A stretch of DNA of 64,000 bases from an uncultured Alphaproteobacteria bacterium. GTDB taxonomy: Bacteria; Pseudomonadota; Alphaproteobacteria; Paracaedibacterales; CAITNM01. The notes below the pieces were generated by a model, which saw nothing but the letters and a program-made list of their open reading frames with translations, did no database searches and was not told the origin of the DNA. The DNA is taken from assembly GCA_903874955.1 (NCBI GenBank), contig CAIQTY010000030.1, positions 7,846-71,845 on the forward strand. Reading direction: 5' to 3'. This document shows positions 56,480 through 64,000 of the stretch, piece by piece. Both the position numbers and the translations under genes were made by a program. The stretch's first letter is position 1. The number at the start of each line of letters is the position of its first letter.

Positions 56480-58723
56480 ATGAAATCGTTTAAATACTCC
56501 CTCTTTCTTGGTGCCGCATATGCACTATTTAATTCGACCTTAAGTATGGCAAGTGCTGCAACGGCATCTACATTAGCTCCAGGGGCATCTATTACCCCTA
56601 CACCTTTGCCTGCAGCGGCCCCAACTACTTCAGTAGTAGGAGTCAGTGATAACGCTAAAGGAAATGCAAAAGCAGGAGAAGTTGCACCGGCTCCGGGGAC
56701 AGCTCCAACAGTGGCTCCAGGGGCATCTATTGCCCCTACACCTTTGCCTGCAGCGGCCCCAACTACTTCAGTAGAAGCAAATGCGGCAGCGACAGCACCT
56801 ACACCTACTGCTGTGCAAACAGCAACACCAACCACAGTGGCATCTATTCCTGCTCCTGCTCCTGCTCCTGCTCCTGCATCAGCTCCTTTGGCTGCGCCTG
56901 CAGATGCAAACCTAGCAACCTCAGCTGCGGCACCGGGGGCATCTCCTGCTACGGCTCCCGCCACAACATTGGCAGCAGCTCCAGCTCCAGCTCCAGCTCC
57001 AGCTGTAGATCTAAACCTAGCACCGGCACCGGGAACATCTCCTGCTACGGCTCCCACCACAACATTGGCAGCAGCGGCAGCTCCAACTGCAGATCTAAAC
57101 CTAGCACTGGCACCGGCGACTGTTGCTCCTGCTCCTGCATCAGCTCCTTTGGCTGCACCTGCAGATGCAAACCTAGCAGCGGCAGCGGCAGCTCCAACTG
57201 CAGATCTAAACCTAGCAACCTCAGCTGCGGCACCGGGGACATCTCCTGCCCCTGCCATAGCATTGGCAGCAGCTCCAGCTCCAGCTCCAGCTCCAGCTCC
57301 AGCTCCAGCTCCAGCTCCAGCTGTAGATCTAAACCCAACAACGGCACCGGCAACACCCACAACCACACAAGTAGAACCAGGCGTCAGCTCTAAAGCTGTT
57401 GCCGAAGCTGAAAAAGCCGCTACCCAAGCAACAGTAAATACCTCTGAGGTTTTGTCCACAACACCAAGCGCTAATTCTGCAGCAAAAGCTGAGGAATTAA
57501 TTAATGCTGTACGGGCGGCAAATAACCAATCAAACCAAGTTACAGCGACTGATGCTAATGCAGTAGCTCCAGGCACAGCAGGAGCTTCTCCTCTAGGTCT
57601 TGCTCAGCCATTAGTTGCTGCTCCTCAGCCTGAAACCACTCTTGCTAGCACTCCTGAAGCAAGCGTATTACCAACGCAGGTTAACGCTCAACCAACATTT
57701 GATCAAAGTGCATTACTAGCCGCTCAAGCAGGCGTATTACCAACACAGGTTAACGCTCAACCAACACTTGATCAAAGTGCATTACTAGCTCCTCAACAGT
57801 TAGCCGCAGCTCCAGGCTTAGTGAACGTTGATCCTAATTCAACAGGCTTAGTAGGAGTCTCTCCTATAGGTCTTGCTCCTCAACCATTAGTTGCAGCTCC
57901 GGGCGCAGTTGATCAAAACGCTCTAGCTCCTCAACAGTTAGCCGCAGCTCCAGGCGTTGATCAAAATGCATTACTAGCTCCTCAACCATTAGTTGCAGCT
58001 CCAGGCGCAGTTGATCAAAACGCTCTAGCGCCTCAACCAGGCGTAGCACAGACGCAGGCTCCTAACGGTCTACCGAACGATAAAACCTTTGCAGCTCTCA
58101 TACTAGCTGCAGATGGCAGTGTAAACATGGATCTTACGCAAAACCTTGATATTAACAAGGAAGGAGCCAGCAGTGAACCTAACACTAATGTTGTCGTTGA
58201 TTATGCGTCTTCTAGTGAACAGACAAAAGCTTTAGAAAAAGTGGCAGAAGCTGAAAAAGAAAAAGCTAAAATAGAAGAAGAAAAAGCAAAAGAAGAAGAA
58301 AAAAGGAAACAAGCCGAAGAAGAAGAAAAAAAAAGAAAACAAGCCGAAGAAGAAGCAGAACGGTCAAAAAAACTGACTGAAACCATTACAGTAGGAACTC
58401 CTGCAGGACCTGCTTTAGATGAAAAAAAAGAACTAGAAAAAGCTGAAAAAGTTAAAGAAGCATCTGAAGTAGCAAAAGTCGAAGAGAAAAAAGAAGAAGC
58501 CGCTGCAGAACATCATGACGCTGCCCCTGATTCAAAAGATAAAGACGGACACAGTAAGGCAGATGAACATCATGACGCTGATTCAAAAGATAAAAAAGAT
58601 GAACATCATGAAGCCGCTGCAGAACATCACGACGCTGATTCAAAAGATAAGCATGAAGATGAACATCATGAAGCCGCTGCAGAACATCACGACGCTGATT
58701 CAAAAGATAAAAAAAATAAATAA
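56480..58723 (+). CDS. secreted/surface highly repetitive Ala/Pro/Thr-rich protein with Lys/Glu-rich coiled-coil segment and His/Asp-rich C-terminal repeats
   Basis: Signal-like MKSFKYSLFLGAAYALFNSTLSMASA. Nested repeats include (AP)n, AAPTADLNLA, a 23-aa VLPTQVNAQPT.DQSALLA repeat and a 20-aa DEHHEAAAEHHDADSKDK repeat. A strong terminator follows. Visibly GC-richer than its surroundings. Confidence 0.7.
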   Translation: MKSFKYSLFLGAAYALFNSTLSMASAATASTLAPGASITPTPLPAAAPTTSVVGVSDNAKGNAKAGEVAPAPGTAPTVAPGASIAPTPLPAAAPTTSVEANAAATAPTPTAVQTATPTTVASIPAPAPAPAPASAPLAAPADANLATSAAAPGASPATAPATTLAAAPAPAPAPAVDLNLAPAPGTSPATAPTTTLAAAAAPTADLNLALAPATVAPAPASAPLAAPADANLAAAAAAPTADLNLATSAAAPGTSPAPAIALAAAPAPAPAPAPAPAPAPAVDLNPTTAPATPTTTQVEPGVSSKAVAEAEKAATQATVNTSEVLSTTPSANSAAKAEELINAVRAANNQSNQVTATDANAVAPGTAGASPLGLAQPLVAAPQPETTLASTPEASVLPTQVNAQPTFDQSALLAAQAGVLPTQVNAQPTLDQSALLAPQQLAAAPGLVNVDPNSTGLVGVSPIGLAPQPLVAAPGAVDQNALAPQQLAAAPGVDQNALLAPQPLVAAPGAVDQNALAPQPGVAQTQAPNGLPNDKTFAALILAADGSVNMDLTQNLDINKEGASSEPNTNVVVDYASSSEQTKALEKVAEAEKEKAKIEEEKAKEEEKRKQAEEEEKKRKQAEEEAERSKKLTETITVGTPAGPALDEKKELEKAEKVKEASEVAKVEEKKEEAAAEHHDAAPDSKDKDGHSKADEHHDADSKDKKDEHHEAAAEHHDADSKDKHEDEHHEAAAEHHDADSKDKKNK
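57272..57319 (+). repeat. (GCTCCA)8 in-frame hexanucleotide microsatellite encoding (AP)8
   Basis: Eight perfect units counted. Shorter arrays: (GCTCCA)4 at 56978-57001 and (CCTGCT)4 at 56849-56872. Confidence 0.95.
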
Positions 58724-58754
58724 AAAATCTCTCTTAAAAAAACTAAAGCCCACC

Positions 58755-58790
58755 AAGATGCCCTTCAAAAAAGGGCATCTTTTCTATTCT
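58755..58790 (+). terminator. rho-independent terminator of the repeat-protein gene
   Basis: 11-bp perfect stem AAGATGCCCTT / AAGGGCATCTT with a 5-nt loop, followed by the T-rich tract ttctattct. Confidence 0.75.
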
Positions 58791-58839
58791 AATGTTTGTT
58801 TTTTAAGGGTAACCTAAATAAAAAGTAGAATAATTTATT

Positions 58840-59559
58840 ATGTCCCGCATTGATAAACGTAATCCTCAAGATCTTAGGCCAGTTTTTTTGGGCCCTGGTT
58901 TTGCAAAATTTGCCCACGGTTCATGCTTTGTAAAATTTGGCGACACCCATGTTTTATGCACCGCAACAATTGAAGATAGGGTTCCTCATTTCCTAAAAAA
59001 CACCGGATCCGGATGGATTACCGCAGAATATGGTATGCTCCCCTGTTCTACCCAAGACAGAGTCGAACGAGAGGCTTCAAAAGGTAAACAATCTGGAAGA
59101 ACTCAAGAAATCCAGAGACTCATCGGACGAAGCCTTAGAGCCATTGTTGACCTAAAAGCTCTAGGAGAAAGACAAATTAAAATCGATTGCGATGTTCTGC
59201 AAGCAGACGGAGGCACGCGCACCGCAAGCATCACCGGTGCTTATGTTGCTCTTTACCAAGCAATGCAACGTCTTTTAGCTAAAAAACAAATTAGCTCTCT
59301 ACCCTTCACAGACCAAGTTGCAGCCATTTCATGCGGCATATGCGACCAAAAAGCCCTACTCGATTTGAATTATATTGAAGATTCCTCAGCAGAAGTTGAT
59401 GCAAATTTTATTTTAACTTCAAGTGGTAAAATCATAGAGGTGCAAGCCTGTGCAGAGAAAAATCCCTTCGATCAGCAACAATTTATGGATATGCTTCAGC
59501 TTGCCCAAAAAGGAACCTCTGAATTATTTGCGCTGCAAAAAAGTGTGCTAAAGTTGTAA
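58840..59559 (+). CDS. rph: ribonuclease PH
   Basis: [63 protein letters not shown]. Confidence 0.95.
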   Translation: MSRIDKRNPQDLRPVFLGPGFAKFAHGSCFVKFGDTHVLCTATIEDRVPHFLKNTGSGWITAEYGMLPCSTQDRVEREASKGKQSGRTQEIQRLIGRSLRAIVDLKALGERQIKIDCDVLQADGGTRTASITGAYVALYQAMQRLLAKKQISSLPFTDQVAAISCGICDQKALLDLNYIEDSSAEVDANFILTSSGKIIEVQACAEKNPFDQQQFMDMLQLAQKGTSELFALQKSVLKL

Positions 59560-59664
59560 ATAAAGAGGTATAAAAATATGGAACATGTAAAAAATTACCA
59601 ACCATTGCCAAGAGCTTTAGGTAGGGACTACAATCACACGAACATAAATAATAGGGAGAGACAC

Positions 59665-60006
59665 ATGTCTCATGAAAAATCAGTTAATGTTCAAGATGCT
59701 TTCTTAAACCATATCCGGAAAAATAAAACCCCACTTACAGTTTTTTTAGTAAACGGGGTTAAGCTGCAGGGAACCATCACATGGTTTGATAGCAATACCA
59801 TTCTTCTTAGAAGAGAAGGACACGCTCAGCTAATTTACAAACATGCTATTTCAACCCTAATGCCCCATGGACCAGTTAGCATTCTTGATTACCAAAATAA
59901 CGATAGGGAAGAACGCTACGCGAAACCTACACCTTCAATTCCGGATGATGACAACGAAGAGGACGAGGACGATTACGAAGAAGAGCCAGAAGAGCAAAAC
60001 AAATAA
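59665..60006 (+). CDS. hfq: RNA chaperone Hfq with acidic C-terminal extension
   Basis: [58 protein letters not shown] (Sm1/Sm2). The ATG at 59665 is preceded by AGGGAGAG. The upstream in-frame extension from 59578 is unlikely to be translated. Confidence 0.9.
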   Translation: MSHEKSVNVQDAFLNHIRKNKTPLTVFLVNGVKLQGTITWFDSNTILLRREGHAQLIYKHAISTLMPHGPVSILDYQNNDREERYAKPTPSIPDDDNEEDEDDYEEEPEEQNK

Positions 60007-60017
60007 GCTCCAGCTCT

Positions 60018-60102
60018 TGGTGCGGTCGAGAAGACTCGAACTTCCACGGATTGCTCCACAGCGACCTCAACGCTGCGTGTCTACCAATTCCACCACGACC
60101 GC
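60018..60102 (-). tRNA. tRNA-Leu (anticodon GAG)
   Basis: The reverse complement gives GCGGTCG...CGACCGC-A-CCA, anticodon loop TTGAGGT, a long variable arm and T-loop TTCGAGT. Length 85 nt. Confidence 0.9.
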
Positions 60103-60159
60103 ATTTCCAGAACATAGCAAAGTAATAATTAGCGCACAAGATTACTTGGCGCTATTTTT

Positions 60160-60630
60160 TTAAAGTAACAATGAGGCGTTGCTTATTGAGCAAACTCCAG
60201 GATTTTCCTCAATATTTAGCTGTGTAACGACGTTGTTTTCAATAACAGCTAGAAACCTTGTAGAGCGCATCCCCATATTCATTTGAGTTAAATCCAGCTC
60301 TAAACCAAGCGCTTTGGTAAAATTAGCACTTCCATCAGCCAACATAATGATATTAGCTTCCGGCGCAAGCTGTTCCTTCCAGGCCTGCATCACAAAAGCA
60401 TCATTAACAGATAAGCAAACAATATTCTCATATCCTTTTGCACGCAAAGTTCCCTCCTGCTGTGCAAAACTAGGTAGCTGCGTCTGAGAACACACCGGTG
60501 TAAAAGCACCAGGCAATCCGAACAATATTGTTTTCCTTTCAAACAAGCTACTGGAGTTTATTTCGCTTTTTCCTTGCAGGGTCACAATTTGCAACGCCAT
60601 TTCAGGAATTCTTGAATTTATAGATATCAT
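60160..60630 (-). CDS. peroxiredoxin, Prx5 subfamily
   Basis: LFGLPGAFTPVCS peroxidatic-Cys motif; 156 aa. Confidence 0.85.
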   Translation of the reverse strand: MISINSRIPEMALQIVTLQGKSEINSSSLFERKTILFGLPGAFTPVCSQTQLPSFAQQEGTLRAKGYENIVCLSVNDAFVMQAWKEQLAPEANIIMLADGSANFTKALGLELDLTQMNMGMRSTRFLAVIENNVVTQLNIEENPGVCSISNASLLL

Positions 60631-60701
60631 GCTAAACCTTAAAACTTAAAGACTAGCTAACCTTACGCCAGGTGACATAGTATCTCAATATAAAACATGA
60701 A

Positions 60702-60710
60702 GGGGGGGGG
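60702..60710. repeat. poly-G (G9) homopolymeric tract in the divergent intergenic region
   Basis: Nine consecutive G (atgaagggggggggatc) in an otherwise very AT-rich 365-bp spacer between the peroxiredoxin and CPA2 genes. Confidence 0.9.
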
Positions 60711-60995
60711 ATCTGACGTTAAATCACTAGGGCGAAACAGAATCAAGAATCTTAATATCTCTCGTTTCGCTACTACTGCACATTAAAAAAAATTACACAC
60801 CTTCTTATTTTTATTATTTTTTTGACATCGAATAGATTAATTTTTATCAATATAGAATCAACATAATAAACTAATAATCTATAAACCAAAAAAAATAAAT
60901 TTCCTAGGATTATATTTTATTATAATACCCCCAAGAGTTTCCCTTGTGTTTGTTGCAAAATGTTGGCTATCCTTAAATCATGAAGGAGAGAATTA

Positions 60996-62291
60996 ATGCA
61001 CGGTGAATTTGGTTTAACCAATATAGCGCTTGTTATATTAGTTGCCCTTGTGTTCGGTTTGGGCATGACCCGCTTAAAACAACCTCCTATTTTAGGGTAT
61101 ATTATAGCAGGGTTAATCTTAGGTCCTTCAGGTCTCGCCTTTGTTGAATCGCGCGACCAGGTTAGCACCCTTGCTGAAATGGGCGTTTTACTTCTTCTTT
61201 TCGTTATTGGTATAGAACTTAATCTTCGCACCTTCAAAAAAGTGTGGCTTGTAACCTCCCTTGCTACATTATTGCAGGTTGCTATATGTACAGGCGTTAC
61301 CTGGAGTATTTCTTACTTCTTGGGTTGGAGTAATGGCTTATCATTACTACTGGGCTTTATCATTGCAATATCATCAACAGCCGTAGCTGTAAAAATGCTA
61401 GATACCATCGGAGAAATTAATTCAGAAATTGGTCAGCTAAGTATTGGTATATTAATTGCGCAAGACTTCGCCATCGTTCCAATGATTCTAATTTTACGTA
61501 ACTACCATAGTAATTTATCTGTTTTAGGTTTAATCGCAAAACTACTTTTGGCTGCAGGGATTATCGCTGGCCTAATTTATTATTTAAGCCAGAAACAAAG
61601 AGTACGGATTGGTTTTCTAGCCGATGTAACCAAACAAAAAGATTTGCTTCCTTTAGTAAGCTTGGCCTTTTGCTTCGCCGCTGCAGCTATTTCTGGTTTA
61701 ATTGGATTGTCTGCTGCATATGGAGCATTCTTAGCAGGTCTTACTATTGGAAACACTCACGAACGCAGCGCCGTATTAGATACAATTAAACCAATACAAA
61801 GCACTTTGATTATGGTGTTTTTCCTCTCCATCGGCATATTGATGGATGTTGGGTTTATCTACACCCATTTAGGTACGTTCTTACTATTGTTATTGTTAAT
61901 AACCGTAGGGAAAACTGCGATCAATATTTTAATATTACGTTTCTTACAAATTCCCTGGTCAGAAGCATTTTTAGTAGGCGTAGTCCTTGCACAAATCGGT
62001 GAGTTCGCATTTCTAATGGCGTCTGTTGGCCATGAATCTAAAATCATTAACGAATTTGGTGAAAAGCTTATTTTATCTTTAACTGCACTTTCTCTTTTAT
62101 TCAGCCCATTCTGGATGACACTTGCTCGCCACCTAAAAAATGTGACAGACCAATCAAAAATTTCTATCCGAGACGTTGTTGCATGGATTAAAATGCCAGG
62201 CAGTCATTTTTTAAAATTAGTATGGAAACGTGCTGCAAAAGAATGGCAGAATGAAGAGAAAAAAATTCACCACCATGACGAAGAAACCTGA
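60996..62291 (+). CDS. cation:proton antiporter (CPA2 / Kef-type membrane domain, no RCK domain)
   Basis: LKQPPILGYIIAGLILGPSGL..., LAEMGVLLLLFVIGIEL, ILIAQDFAIVP; 431 aa polytopic protein. Confidence 0.8.
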   Translation: MHGEFGLTNIALVILVALVFGLGMTRLKQPPILGYIIAGLILGPSGLAFVESRDQVSTLAEMGVLLLLFVIGIELNLRTFKKVWLVTSLATLLQVAICTGVTWSISYFLGWSNGLSLLLGFIIAISSTAVAVKMLDTIGEINSEIGQLSIGILIAQDFAIVPMILILRNYHSNLSVLGLIAKLLLAAGIIAGLIYYLSQKQRVRIGFLADVTKQKDLLPLVSLAFCFAAAAISGLIGLSAAYGAFLAGLTIGNTHERSAVLDTIKPIQSTLIMVFFLSIGILMDVGFIYTHLGTFLLLLLLITVGKTAINILILRFLQIPWSEAFLVGVVLAQIGEFAFLMASVGHESKIINEFGEKLILSLTALSLLFSPFWMTLARHLKNVTDQSKISIRDVVAWIKMPGSHFLKLVWKRAAKEWQNEEKKIHHHDEET

Positions 62292-62898
62292 TTTCTCTCT
62301 TGAAAAAAGAAGCCCTTTTGAAAAAATAGCTGGCATCGACGAAGCAGGATGTGGCCCTTGGGCTGGGCCTGTTGTAGCAGCCTCAGTTATATTTTTAAAA
62401 TATGACGAACACCAGTGGTCTACCATTAATGATTCTAAAAAATTATCTGCTAAAAAACGTGAACAATGCTATGAAGCCCTTGTATCAAGCACGGACGTAG
62501 TCTATTCGATTGGAATAGCAAATGCTCAAGAAATCGATCAATTCAATATCGCCAGAGCAACCTGTCTTGCTATGGAAAAAGCTGTAGAGGGACTCAGCTC
62601 AATTCCTGATTACCTTTTGATTGATGGCATTAGAAAACCCCCAATAAACATTCCCAGCTCAACCGTTATTAAAGGTGATAGTCAAAGTATTAGCATTGCC
62701 GCAGCATCGATTATTGCAAAAGTTACTAGAGATAAAATTATGTACGACCTTTCAATTGAATATCCAAATTATTACTGGCATAAAAATGCTGGCTACGGCA
62801 CGGCTCAACACCAAGCTGCCCTGGAATCCCATGGTATAACACCACACCACCGCAAAAGTTTTGCGCCAATTCGTGCTCTTTTGGGGGTCGCAGTATGA
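62275..62898 (+). CDS. rnhB: ribonuclease HII
   Basis: IAGIDEAGCGPWAGPVVAA, DSKKLSAKKRE, AAASIIAKVTRD, GYGTAQH. I chose the ATG at 62275; in-frame alternatives exist at 62230 and 62251. Confidence 0.9.
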   Translation: MTKKPDFSLEKRSPFEKIAGIDEAGCGPWAGPVVAASVIFLKYDEHQWSTINDSKKLSAKKREQCYEALVSSTDVVYSIGIANAQEIDQFNIARATCLAMEKAVEGLSSIPDYLLIDGIRKPPINIPSSTVIKGDSQSISIAAASIIAKVTRDKIMYDLSIEYPNYYWHKNAGYGTAQHQAALESHGITPHHRKSFAPIRALLGVAV

Positions 62899-63599
62899 CC
62901 TATTGGATGTATGGATGGCACGCGTGTAATGCGGCTTTGAATAACCCCTTGCGTAAAATTGAGAAAATTCTTGTTGATAAACGCCAAGACCCAAAAAAAT
63001 TAGTTTTAACACGCAAAATCCCTGTAGAAGCAGTAGATCCTAAAATAATCGAACAAAAAGTTGGCAAGGAAGCTGTTCATCAAGGAATTGCTATGTGCTT
63101 ACATGAACTTGCCCCTGAGGATATTTCATTGCTGGAACAAGATACACCCATGTTAGTTGTGATTCTTGATCAAATTACTGACCCGCATAATATGGGCGCT
63201 ATTTGGAGATCATCTGCTGTTTTTGGCGCTAAGGGAATCATCACCACAGAACGCAACAGCGCGCCTGAATCTGGCGTGCTTGCAAAATCTGCCTCCGGTG
63301 CGTTAGAAGTTGTACCGCGAATTGAAGTCAAAAATCTTGCCACCTCAATAACAGAATTAAAAGAACTGGGGTTTTGGGTATACGGTTTTTCTGAACATGC
63401 TAAAGACACTTTACAAAATTTCTCTTTTGCCAAAAAAACTGCTTTAATTTTTGGTAATGAGGGAGACGGGATGAGATCTTTGACCATGAAGAATTGTGAT
63501 CAAACCCTGCAACTTCCAACATCTGCCGAATTTCAAACGCTTAACGTTTCAAACGCAGCAGCAGTTGCTTTATACGAAGTATTCCGTCAACAACACTAA
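62895..63599 (+). CDS. rlmB: TrmH-family 23S rRNA (guanosine-2'-O)-methyltransferase RlmB-like
   Basis: SpoU motifs LDQITDPHNMGAIWRSSAVFGA, LIFGNEGDGM, QTLNVSNAAAVALYE. ATGA overlap with rnhB. Confidence 0.8.
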   Translation: MTYWMYGWHACNAALNNPLRKIEKILVDKRQDPKKLVLTRKIPVEAVDPKIIEQKVGKEAVHQGIAMCLHELAPEDISLLEQDTPMLVVILDQITDPHNMGAIWRSSAVFGAKGIITTERNSAPESGVLAKSASGALEVVPRIEVKNLATSITELKELGFWVYGFSEHAKDTLQNFSFAKKTALIFGNEGDGMRSLTMKNCDQTLQLPTSAEFQTLNVSNAAAVALYEVFRQQH

Positions 63600-63617
63600 C
63601 CTTTTTAGGGAGAGCTC

Positions 63618-64000
63618 ATGGCTAAAAATATCGTCATTATTGGTGCAGGACCTGGCGGATATGTATGTGCCATTCGCGCTGCTCAGCTAGGGGCTAGTGT
63701 TACAGTTGTAGATGCGATGAAACAACCCGGTGGCACTTGTTTAAACATGGGCTGCATCCCTTCTAAAAATCTTCTGCATGCTTCCCATGAATATCATAAG
63801 GCACAGCATGATCTTGAGAAATTAGGTATTTCAGTCAAAGGCATTAGTATTGATATTAAGCAGATGCAAACTCAAAAAAAGCAGGTTGTCGATTCCCTAA
63901 CCCAAGGAATTGGATTTTTATTTAAAAAAAATAATGTTCGTTTTATTAACGCTACAGCAAAAATCATAAACTCTAACCAAGTTGAAGCTGGCGATGAAAT
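63618..64000 (+). CDS. lpdA: dihydrolipoyl dehydrogenase (E3), 3' end outside window
   Basis: IVIIGAGPGGYVCAIRAAQLG and the redox-active disulfide GGTCLNMGCIPSK. An AGGGAGAG RBS precedes the ATG at 63618. Open to the window end. Confidence 0.9.
   Translation, partial: MAKNIVIIGAGPGGYVCAIRAAQLGASVTVVDAMKQPGGTCLNMGCIPSKNLLHASHEYHKAQHDLEKLGISVKGISIDIKQMQTQKKQVVDSLTQGIGFLFKKNNVRFINATAKIINSNQVEAGDE

Noticed and set aside
56849-57320. Possible CRISPR array, suggested by the regularly spaced short repeats
   Set aside because: The repeat units are 6-30 nt and lie in-frame inside a long ORF. They lack unique spacers of constant length, and no cas genes are present.
56458-57576. 372-aa minus-strand ORF (Ala/Gly-rich) antisense to the repeat protein gene
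   Set aside because: It is an artefact of GC-rich, stop-poor repeats read on the opposite strand. It has no RBS or signal and runs into the rpoH-side promoter region. The plus-strand ORF is twice as long, has a signal peptide and ends at a strong terminator.
59867-60163. 98-aa plus-strand ORF and 70-aa minus-strand ORF around 59927-60139
   Set aside because: They overlap an alternative frame of the hfq tail and the tRNA-Leu gene. The tRNA fold explains this sequence.
60920-61237. 105-aa minus-strand ORF
   Set aside because: It is antisense to the 5' end of the CPA2 antiporter gene. Its basic, low-complexity translation indicates a spurious frame.

Overview
AT-rich bacterial chromosome segment. 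Gene content and order (hslVU, pcm-rhodanese-tolC, rpoH, rph/hfq, MuxABC-OpmB-type efflux operon, sigma-54-type flagellar promoters) fit an alphaproteobacterium. By inference it is a flagellated intracellular or amoeba-associated lineage (Holosporales/Rickettsiales-like). All calls come from reading the translated ORFs and DNA by eye; no searches were run.

Layout:
- 1-4.5 kb: hpf (partial), a sodium:solute symporter, hslVU, and a HEPN/MNT toxin-antitoxin pair whose HEPN gene is frameshifted.
- 4.8-14 kb: a tightly packed operon encoding a periplasmic binding protein, a sensor-HAMP-MFS fusion, a sensor-only membrane protein and a Cache-HAMP class III nucleotide cyclase. A translationally coupled aminotransferase / NadB-like flavoprotein pair follows.
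- 14-19 kb (minus strand): potFGHI-type polyamine ABC transporter and a TauE/SafE permease.
- 19.1-21.6 kb: a mobile-element-scarred islet in which two direct copies of a ~418 bp IS1595-derived remnant flank a eukaryote-type DNase II gene.
- 21.6-27.9 kb: asmA, then flgF-flgG-flgA-flgH and a fliE-like gene behind a sigma-54 promoter.
- 27.9-30.6 kb: acnA, broken by a perfect 68-bp tandem duplication.
- 30.6-37.9 kb: uppP, motAB, a GT4 glycosyltransferase, pth, rplY, an NMO-family oxidoreductase and rnhA.
- 37.9-43.9 kb (minus strand): flgI, a rod-binding protein, a flgN-like gene, flgK, flgL and fliW behind a second sigma-54 promoter. FlgI carries a ~165-aa Ala/Pro/Thr-rich insertion.
- 43.9-55.3 kb: MuxABC-OpmB-like RND efflux operon, tolC, rhodanese, pcm.
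- 55.3-64 kb: tRNA-Cys, rpoH, a 747-aa highly repetitive Ala/Pro-rich secreted protein with a His/Asp-rich repeat tail, rph, hfq, tRNA-Leu, a Prx5 peroxiredoxin, a CPA2 antiporter, rnhB, rlmB and lpdA (partial).

Most interesting candidates: the binding-protein/sensor-MFS/cyclase module, the IS-flanked DNase II, the acnA tandem duplication, the FlgI insertion and the repetitive Ala/Pro-rich protein.
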